A stretch of 41,925 bases of DNA from an uncultured Ruminococcus sp. (GTDB lineage Bacteria > Bacillota > Clostridia > Oscillospirales > CAG-272), in the NCBI GenBank assembly GCA_964474245.1, contig CAYYRY010000002.1, forward strand, positions 2,340 to 44,264, written 5' to 3'. This document shows positions 18,887 to 25,741 of the stretch, one piece after another (within the stretch, counting starts at the first letter, position 1; every line of letters starts with the position of its first letter). The position numbers were made by a program, and so were the translations under genes. A model generated the notes under the pieces. The model saw only the letters and a program-made list of their open reading frames with translations. It was not told the DNA's origin and ran no database searches.

Positions 18887-19039
18887 AGCGTGCCTTACGG
18901 CACATTGTGAAAGAATAGTCACGTGTTTCGAAAAACTCTGGACTCGTTTTTTTACTGTCCAATCCGCCCGTTTCTTGCTTTCCCCTCTGAAAACATCAAT
19001 TTTCGTACAATATTCACATAATAAAAATGAAAATAACTG

Positions 19040-19069
19040 TTGACAAAACCATACTGTTTATATTATAAT
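19040..19069 (+). promoter_or_regulatory. Promoter of rpmH (TTGACA-18-TATAAT)
   Basis: TTGACA 19040-19045; TATAAT 19064-19069. Confidence 0.6.
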
Positions 19070-19132
19070 ATGATGTGCCTATCTGCAATTTAGTTAATAA
19101 ATTAAAGTTTAAATAAAATCGGAGGTGTAAGT

Positions 19133-19267
19133 ATGCTTAGAACATATCAGCCCAAGAAGAGACAGAGAAGTAAGGTTCACGGATTCAGAAAGAGAATGGC
19201 AACTGCTGACGGCAGAAAGGTTCTCAAGAGAAGACGCGCTAAGGGTCGCGCTCGCCTGACTCACTAA
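19133..19267 (+). CDS. rpmH: 50S ribosomal protein L34 (below the ORF-track size cut-off)
   Basis: My own translation gives [53 protein letters not shown] lies upstream, and the gene precedes rnpA as expected. Confidence 0.95.
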   Translation: MLRTYQPKKRQRSKVHGFRKRMATADGRKVLKRRRAKGRARLTH

Positions 19268-19300
19268 TTGTCGGGTCAGATCGAAGATGATTTGAACATA

Positions 19301-19332
19301 TAACCTCCGCTATCGGAGGTTATTATTCTGTT
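19301..19332 (+). terminator. Hairpin / partial terminator between rpmH and rnpA
   Basis: TAACCTCCG-CTAT-CGGAGGTTA forms a 9-bp stem, followed by TTATTCTGTT. Confidence 0.5.
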
Positions 19333-19392
19333 AAAAGGAAATTGCCGTACTCGTGAATATACCGGCGCAGATTACGGCATAGCGGAATTTTT

Positions 19393-19815
19393 ATGAAGCT
19401 TTATGCACTTAAAGACAATTATTTATTTCAGAAGGCTTACCGTGGAGGCTCAAGAGCCGCTTCGCGCTCTCTTTGCGTTTACGTCCTCCGCGACCGCCGC
19501 GCCGGTCTGATAAAGAAACAAAATCCAACCGGTGAATATCTCAATCGCATAGGTATCTCAGCCTCAAAAAAGATCGGAGGCGCCGTTCAGCGTAACAGAG
19601 CCAAAAGAGTAACCAGAGAAGCGTTCAGACAGATAGGCGTAGAATGCGAAATGAAAAAAGGCTACCTTATAGTAATAGCTCTAAGAATGCCTGCGACGGT
19701 CTTGAAGATGCAGGAAGTGAAACGTGACCTGCGTTATTGCCTTAAGCGTACGGATATGATCACGGATGTGAAAACCGAGCAGACAAAAGAAGACGGTGAA
19801 AAAACTCATGAGTAA
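19393..19815 (+). CDS. rnpA: Ribonuclease P protein component
   Basis: F.K.Y..G... followed by IGISASKKIGGAVQRNRAKR (RNR motif); position after rpmH. Confidence 0.9.
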   Translation: MKLYALKDNYLFQKAYRGGSRAASRSLCVYVLRDRRAGLIKKQNPTGEYLNRIGISASKKIGGAVQRNRAKRVTREAFRQIGVECEMKKGYLIVIALRMPATVLKMQEVKRDLRYCLKRTDMITDVKTEQTKEDGEKTHE

Positions 19816-20122
19816 AGAGAATATTTCTGCTTTTTTCAGGGAAGTATTATGTTTCCCGAGAAGGCTGGTAACTCTCCCCATAAAGTTCTACAGGCGATAT
19901 ATTTCGCCGTTGAAAGGAACTCCCTCATGCCGCTTTACTCCGACTTGTTCCGCATACGCTCTTGAAGCGATCACGGAATGGGGAGTTATTGTGGGACTTG
20001 CACTGTCCGTTTGGCGTGTGCTCAGATGTAATCCCTTTGGCGGATGCGGACACGATCCCGTCCCGAAGAGGAAAAAGAAAAAGGCATCAGGTGATGTCCG
20101 GGACGGATGTGGCGCTGAATAG
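19796..20122 (+). CDS. yidD: Membrane protein insertion efficiency factor YidD
   Basis: FYRRYISPL...CRFTPTCSAYALEAI...RCNPF..GGHDPVP hallmark. The start is uncertain (19796 or 19808). Confidence 0.9.
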   Translation: MKKLMSKENISAFFREVLCFPRRLVTLPIKFYRRYISPLKGTPSCRFTPTCSAYALEAITEWGVIVGLALSVWRVLRCNPFGGCGHDPVPKRKKKKASGDVRDGCGAE

Positions 20123-20284
20123 TGTCCTTATCCGGAAAAGTAAGTCGGCAGTACAGTACTGCACTGATCATGCAGAGCAGTCTGTCGGCGTCCTATCAAA
20201 TTGAGGCTCGACGACTTGTCGCCGTGCCGACTTGCAGGTAACTGCAGGTCTTTATGCCTCAAAGACAAAGAAAGGCAAAAAATT

Positions 20285-21397
20285 ATGTTGGATATTTTAT
20301 ACGTTCCTATGGGCTATATAATGAGATTCGTCTCTCGCCTTACGAACAATAACTATCTTTTCGCAATCCTTTTGTTTGCTCTTGTCATCGAGATCCTTAT
20401 GATCCCCCTTCAGATAAAGCAGCAGAAGAACTCAATTGCTCAGGCAAAGCTTCAGCCTAAGGTCAGAGCAATTACCAAGAAGTACGACGGAAGAAACGAT
20501 CAGGCCTCCATGCAGAAGAAGCAGCAGGAGATCATGGATCTGTATCAGAAGGAGAACTTCAGCCCCTACGGCGGATGTCTCCCCATGCTTATTCAGCTCC
20601 CCGTCGTATTGGCTCTTTACAACGTTATTATGAGCCCCCTCCGCTATATTTGCGGACTTGCAAAGGAAACTATTGCAGCTATTGAGACTGTAGTTGACAA
20701 CTTCGACGTGGCAAACGGTGTTTTCGAGACTATCGAAGCTGCTCAGAAGGCAACGAACACCCAGATCGGACTTATCCAGCGTCTTAAGGATACCGCCCTG
20801 TTCGATAAGTGCGTTTCTGAGGTTCCCGAGCTTGCCGAGGTTACCCTTCCCAACTTTAACATCGGTCCTTTCGACCTGTCTCTCACTCCTAAGTTTGCAG
20901 AGATCAACTGGCTGTGGGTGATCCCGATCGCAGTATTCCTCGGTATGTTCTTCTCAACCAAGATCATGCGTCTCTTCACATATCAGCCTCCCGAAAGCGC
21001 AGATATGCAGAACGGTACGAGCATGAAGATTATGAACACCGTATTTCCCCTGATGTCTGCATGGATTGCATTCGGCGTACCTGCAGCAGTTGGTGTGTAC
21101 TGGTTTATGAGAAACGTTATCTCCGTTGTGGAAAAGTTCATAATCTCAAAGTTTATGCCTATCCCCAAGATCTCCGAGGAGGAGTTCAAGGCGGCGGAGC
21201 GTGAATACGGTGCAAAAGTCAAGGGTAAAAAGGTGAAGACCGAGCGTGACCCCAACAAGCCCCGTCCGAGAAGTCTTCACAGAATCGACTTCGATGACGA
21301 ACCCCTGCCTCCTGCAGTTCCGGATCCTGAACCTGAGACAAGCTCGGATTCAGAGGATGCAGGTGACAGCCCCATTGATAAGGCTCCTTTGAAATAA
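20285..21397 (+). CDS. yidC: YidC/Oxa1-family membrane insertase
   Basis: It has a polytopic 60-kDa-inner-membrane-protein core (PL..KQ..S, GCLPMLIQLPV) and a charged C-terminal tail. I prefer the ATG at 20285 (MLDILY) over the track start at 20201. Confidence 0.9.
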   Translation: MLDILYVPMGYIMRFVSRLTNNNYLFAILLFALVIEILMIPLQIKQQKNSIAQAKLQPKVRAITKKYDGRNDQASMQKKQQEIMDLYQKENFSPYGGCLPMLIQLPVVLALYNVIMSPLRYICGLAKETIAAIETVVDNFDVANGVFETIEAAQKATNTQIGLIQRLKDTALFDKCVSEVPELAEVTLPNFNIGPFDLSLTPKFAEINWLWVIPIAVFLGMFFSTKIMRLFTYQPPESADMQNGTSMKIMNTVFPLMSAWIAFGVPAAVGVYWFMRNVISVVEKFIISKFMPIPKISEEEFKAAEREYGAKVKGKKVKTERDPNKPRPRSLHRIDFDDEPLPPAVPDPEPETSSDSEDAGDSPIDKAPLK

Positions 21398-21423
21398 ATA
21401 AGTAATATATAAGGAAAATTTTT

Positions 21424-22725
21424 ATGAGCGAGACATATACAGTCACCGCCAAAACTGTTGACGAGGCGATAAACCTTGCAAATCAACTTTACGGCGGAAG
21501 AAATAAAGAAATATCTCACGAAATTATTTCTACTCCCAAAAAAGGCTTCCTCGGAATCGGCTCCAAGGACGCAATAATCAGAGTAACCGTAGTGGATACT
21601 GAGGATGACGGACTTAACTCTATCGTAGATGAACTTAAGAACTATAAGTCACAGTCTGCACCTGAGACAGGTTATTATACACCTGCTGAGCCTAAGGCTG
21701 ATAAGAAGCAGGAGCAGAAAAAGCCTGAGCAGAAGAAAAACGAACAGAAGAAGCCCGAGGCGAAAAAAGCCGAGCAGAAGAAGCCTTCGCAGGAAAATAA
21801 GCCTAAAAATGAGCATAAGGTTCCTGCGGAAAACGTTCAGTCTAAGATTGACGTTCAGCCTAAGATTGATAAGAAGGATGATTTCGTAAACGAAGCTCCC
21901 AAGGCTGAAAAGGCTGATAAGAACGAGCAGAACGTAAAGACTCAGAAGCAGGAAAAGAATCACAAGAAGGCAAAGAAGTCTTCCGGTGCGGATAAGAATG
22001 TTAAGGCAGAGAAGGCAGAGAAGCTTGAAACGGCAGAGAAACCTAAGGCTGAAGCTCGCGTCGATGACGTAAAGCTTAAGAATGCAGTGAGCGATGACGA
22101 GATGAAGTTCGCTGTTGAATTCATCAATGCCATGATCGCTAACATGAAGCTGTCCGCAACTGCAGTGCCCGTTGCAGCTCCCGAGGGAGATGAATTCGTT
22201 ATTACTGAAACCGAGACGGTATATCCCGCAGTTGTGATCGACGGAGATGACACCGGTATCCTTATCGGTCATCACGGCGAGACTCTTGATGCGATCCAGT
22301 ATCTTGTAAATCTTGCGCTGTTCAGAAGAAACAGCGGAGAAAAGGGCGGCCGAGAGAACATAAAGATCACCGTGGATATTGAAAACTACCGCGAGAAGAG
22401 AGAGGAAACTCTCCGCGCTCTCGCAAGACGTATGGCTGCCCGTGCTGTGAAGTACAAACGCAACGTCTTCCTTGAGCCCATGAATCCTTATGAGAGACGC
22501 ATCATCCACTCAGAGCTTCAGAGCTATCCCGACGTAGCTACTCATTCCGTAGGTTCCGATACAAACAGGAAGATAATCATTACCTACGAGGGTGCAGATA
22601 AGGCACAGGGAAACAAGAAGCGCGGCAGAAATAACCGCCGTTCTTCCGGACGCTCGGCTGTCTCAAATGAACAGAGTATTCCTCAGGGTATGCCTCTGCC
22701 CACCCTTGACGATATCGAAGAGTGA
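21424..22725 (+). CDS. jag: Jag/KhpB RNA-binding protein (Jag_N, KH, R3H) with a greatly expanded K/E/Q-rich linker
   Basis: N-terminal Jag_N (TAKTVDEAI), C-terminal KH (GHHGETLDAIQYL) and R3H (ERRIIHSEL); position after yidC. Confidence 0.9.
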   Translation: MSETYTVTAKTVDEAINLANQLYGGRNKEISHEIISTPKKGFLGIGSKDAIIRVTVVDTEDDGLNSIVDELKNYKSQSAPETGYYTPAEPKADKKQEQKKPEQKKNEQKKPEAKKAEQKKPSQENKPKNEHKVPAENVQSKIDVQPKIDKKDDFVNEAPKAEKADKNEQNVKTQKQEKNHKKAKKSSGADKNVKAEKAEKLETAEKPKAEARVDDVKLKNAVSDDEMKFAVEFINAMIANMKLSATAVPVAAPEGDEFVITETETVYPAVVIDGDDTGILIGHHGETLDAIQYLVNLALFRRNSGEKGGRENIKITVDIENYREKREETLRALARRMAARAVKYKRNVFLEPMNPYERRIIHSELQSYPDVATHSVGSDTNRKIIITYEGADKAQGNKKRGRNNRRSSGRSAVSNEQSIPQGMPLPTLDDIEE

Positions 22726-22751
22726 TTTTCTGATCTGAAAACATAAATATT

Positions 22752-22800
22752 AATGCAAGGTCTGTCTTATGTGACGGATCTTGCATTTTTTATATTTTTT
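22752..22800 (+). terminator. Intrinsic terminator after jag
   Basis: AATGCAAG (22752-22759) pairs with CTTGCATT (22780-22787). A long T-rich tract follows. Confidence 0.7.
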
Positions 22801-22986
22801 ACGCATAAACTGTTTTTACATGAATTTTCCCGAGGTGAATATACTTATATCATACGGTGAGCAGTATCTTCCGGGTAATTATTAAACGATCTGTTAATTC
22901 GGAATTGCAAATAAATACATATAAATACCATATGGTAAATCATGTGACATTTGTGTTATAATCGGCTACTTTTTGTTTATGAAACC

Positions 22987-23015
22987 TTGACAAATCATGT
23001 AAAATACTGTAGAAT
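22987..23015 (+). promoter_or_regulatory. Promoter of the accessory cluster (TTGACA-17-TAGAAT), with a second TGtTATAAT at 22954-22962
   Basis: TTGACA lies at 22987-22992 and TAGAAT at 23010-23015, with a 17-nt spacer. An upstream extended -10 element is at 22954-22962. Both overlap a repeated AAATCATGT motif. Confidence 0.55.
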
Positions 23016-23121
23016 AGAATATAAGATTTTTTATATGATTGGTAGTTGTGCCCATATGTAAAAAAGTCTTACCCGGATTTATATTTTATACTGATTATTC
23101 ACGTATTAATGGGAGGAAATC

Positions 23122-25188
23122 ATGAAAAGTAATAAAACCAAGATCTGTTCGATTTTTCTGGCAGTTTTGATGCTTCTCGGCTGTGTAATCACCGTCAACG
23201 GAGCTGCAGAACACGCCAATAACAGATATAATGTTGTATTCGTAGTGGATGCCAGCGGTTCTATGTATTCAACAGACCCTGAGGATCTGAGATTCAATGC
23301 AATCAATCTCTTCATAGACCTTTTGGCTGAAACGGGAAACTATCTCGGAGGAGTTGTATTTGCGTCTGAGATAGAGGCAAAGCAGGAGCTCGCTGCCATA
23401 AACAGCCGTGGCGATAAGGATACGATCGCCAATATGCTTACTTCTATAAAAACCGAGGAGTGGACCAATACGGGTGATGCTCTTAATGCTGCAGTGGATA
23501 TCGTAGAAGGCAGCAAGAATGATCTTCCTTCTGTAATCGTGTTCCTCTGCGACGGTAAGACTGAGCTGCCTGACGATAAGGATACAGAGCTGTCTCTTGA
23601 CAAAAAGGCTGAAGCGATTCAGCGAGCAAGAGAGGGAGGTATCCCGATTTACTCAGTATGTCTCAATGCAAACCATAATGCTGACGTTTCTGAGATGGAG
23701 CAGATCTCCAAGGCTACCGGCGGTGAGTTCCGCGAGGTAAATGACGCTGCTGACCTTGTTGATGTATTCAATGCATTCTATAACTTTATCTACGGTACTG
23801 CTACAACAAAGCTCGTGGACGAAGTATTCCCCGCAAACGGAATAGTTGAAAAGGAATTTAAAGTTCCCGGTATAGGCGTAGAAGAAGTTAATATAGTTAT
23901 ATATGGAAGTGTTGCTTCTCTTGACGTCTACCGCCCTGACGGTAAAAAGAGTGAATGTCAGGGAAATAGCGGTGGTGATGAAGGAAATGCAGTAATAAGC
24001 ACTGTCAAGATCACTGACATCCAGGCAGGTACGTGGAAAATAGTAACAAGCGGAGTTCCCGGTGATCAGGTAAAGATCAACATGGTCTTCAATACTGATC
24101 TGAAGGTTGATCTTGACGTGAACAATTCCGGTGTCGGTTCATCCACGGAAGAAGACGTTACTTTCAAGGCTTCTCTCAGCTCCGGCGGCAAAACTGCTTC
24201 TACCGAGGAAGATTATTACGGCTTTTCCGCTAAGCTTCACGTGCTCAATCACCTTGAAGAGGAGCTTGACGTTATCGATATGCCTCTTAACGGTGACCGC
24301 TTTGAGCTGACACGTAAGTTTGACGAGGGTACATATAAGTTTAAGGTTACGGTATCGGGCTTCGATATCACAAAGGAGTCTGCTGTAAGCAATCCATTCA
24401 GAGTAGTAACCGAAATTCCCGAACCCGAATCAGGCGAGAGCATTGAAGACGTGAAGGATGAACTCTTCGCAAACTCTGCTCCCGTTGCAAATGCGAGCAA
24501 GGTTGAAGAGATAGTTTACATCTGGCCTTTCGTTGATTCTTCATTCAGTATCGAGCTTTCAACTCTTGCCACCGATGCAGAAGACAGCACTCTTGATTAT
24601 AAGATCGTTTCCAGCTCATTCATGGAAGGCGATTATGAAATCACCCCCGAAGGTGTACTCACCATTAACCATTTCAGCCTGTCTAAAGGAGCCTTCACCA
24701 TAAAGGCAGTGGACTCCGGAGGACTTTCCTGCGACGTTGAGATCGTAGTGATAAGCCGTAACGTTGGCCTCATGGCACTTATCGGTATCGGTACGGCGGC
24801 GATTATTACCCTTGCGGTGCTCGGCATAATGCTCTATATCCTTCTCAATAAGAGATTCATGGGTGCCTGCTACGTAACTAAGTTTGACGCAGACGGCAAC
24901 TATTACGAGGAAGTAAAGCGCGAAAAGGGTCGCGGTCGTATCCCGCTTTCCGCGTTTGGTATCGGCAATACCGGATTTGACGCTTCCAAGTGCTACTTCC
25001 AGGCGACAGGTAAGGGTCACGTTTACTTCATTACCAATAAGAATGCATACGGTAACGGTATGATCGGTAAGAAGTTTAAGATCGACGGCAGCGGATACGA
25101 TACGGATATTACCGTTGAGCAGTTTGCTCAGTCCGGAATCCGTGTTAAATTCGTAAGCCGACTCAATAATACAAACTTCACGTTCTGA
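23122..25188 (+). CDS. Exported vWA (MIDAS) domain protein with beta-rich ectodomain, single TM anchor and 113-aa cytoplasmic tail domain
   Basis: A GGGAGG RBS precedes the start, and there is a signal peptide. The MIDAS motif DASGS lies at nt 23248-23262, with downstream TNTGDAL and LCDGK. The TM segment is at about nt 24763-24846 and the tail at 24847-25185. Confidence 0.85.
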   Translation: MKSNKTKICSIFLAVLMLLGCVITVNGAAEHANNRYNVVFVVDASGSMYSTDPEDLRFNAINLFIDLLAETGNYLGGVVFASEIEAKQELAAINSRGDKDTIANMLTSIKTEEWTNTGDALNAAVDIVEGSKNDLPSVIVFLCDGKTELPDDKDTELSLDKKAEAIQRAREGGIPIYSVCLNANHNADVSEMEQISKATGGEFREVNDAADLVDVFNAFYNFIYGTATTKLVDEVFPANGIVEKEFKVPGIGVEEVNIVIYGSVASLDVYRPDGKKSECQGNSGGDEGNAVISTVKITDIQAGTWKIVTSGVPGDQVKINMVFNTDLKVDLDVNNSGVGSSTEEDVTFKASLSSGGKTASTEEDYYGFSAKLHVLNHLEEELDVIDMPLNGDRFELTRKFDEGTYKFKVTVSGFDITKESAVSNPFRVVTEIPEPESGESIEDVKDELFANSAPVANASKVEEIVYIWPFVDSSFSIELSTLATDAEDSTLDYKIVSSSFMEGDYEITPEGVLTINHFSLSKGAFTIKAVDSGGLSCDVEIVVISRNVGLMALIGIGTAAIITLAVLGIMLYILLNKRFMGACYVTKFDADGNYYEEVKREKGRGRIPLSAFGIGNTGFDASKCYFQATGKGHVYFITNKNAYGNGMIGKKFKIDGSGYDTDITVEQFAQSGIRVKFVSRLNNTNFTF

Positions 25189-25230
25189 TAAACCTGCTCT
25201 GAGCTTTATAATCTGATACAGGAGACTTCT

Positions 25231-25665
25231 ATGGAGCTTACTTTGATTATCGGATCTCTTGCATTACTGACGATCGTTATCGGTGTTGTGATTGCGGTGT
25301 CGGTGTACCGTGCAGATTCCGGTGGGAGATATATCTGTGAATGCTGTGTAAGCAGATGTGATGCAGAAGGTAAGACAAGTGAAGAAGTCAGACTGAAGGG
25401 AAAGGGCAAGTGCGTTAAGCTTTCAAAGTTCCGTCTTGGGAAAACCGAGCTCGACGAATGCAACTGCCGTTTCATGGCGACGGACGGAGACTTTGCTTGG
25501 TTTGTTTCAGACAAGAAAGTATTTGTTAACGGAACCTATGTAAATAAGATAAAGCTTAGCTGCGACGGATATCCCGTTGAGGTAAAGAAGGAACCGTCTT
25601 CGAAGGAGTGTATCTGTGTAAGATACATACGCAACTCAGGATGGACACAAAATTTTAATTTGTAA
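25231..25665 (+). CDS. Small N-terminally anchored membrane protein whose cytoplasmic domain is paralogous to the vWA protein tail
   Basis: An AGGAG RBS precedes the start, and there is an N-terminal TM segment (LIIGSLALLTIVIGVVIAVSV). The domain aligns position by position with 24847-25185 (see finding). Confidence 0.65.
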   Translation: MELTLIIGSLALLTIVIGVVIAVSVYRADSGGRYICECCVSRCDAEGKTSEEVRLKGKGKCVKLSKFRLGKTELDECNCRFMATDGDFAWFVSDKKVFVNGTYVNKIKLSCDGYPVEVKKEPSSKECICVRYIRNSGWTQNFNL

Positions 25666-25670
25666 ATTCT

Positions 25671-25702
25671 TGCATTGCCGAGGGTAAAAACTCGGCAATG
25701 CA
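25671..25702 (+). other. Perfect 12-bp intercistronic hairpin
   Basis: TGCATTGCCGAG-GGTAAAAA-CTCGGCAATGCA. No T-run follows directly; a T6 run lies about 17 nt downstream. Confidence 0.6.
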
Positions 25703-25741
25703 GGTGAAATATTCAGAAATTTTTTATTAGGAGATATAATT

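Noticed and set aside
18887-19132. Possible oriC / DnaA-box cluster upstream of rpmH
   Set aside because: rpmH often neighbours dnaA and oriC, but I found no TTATCCACA or TGTGGATAA boxes here and no dnaA gene. Only a standard promoter is present.
21649-22509. 286-aa minus-strand ORF antisense to jag
   Set aside because: It is low-complexity Leu/Arg/Phe-rich junk produced by the antisense of the purine-rich K/E linker. The plus-strand gene has clear Jag_N/KH/R3H motifs.
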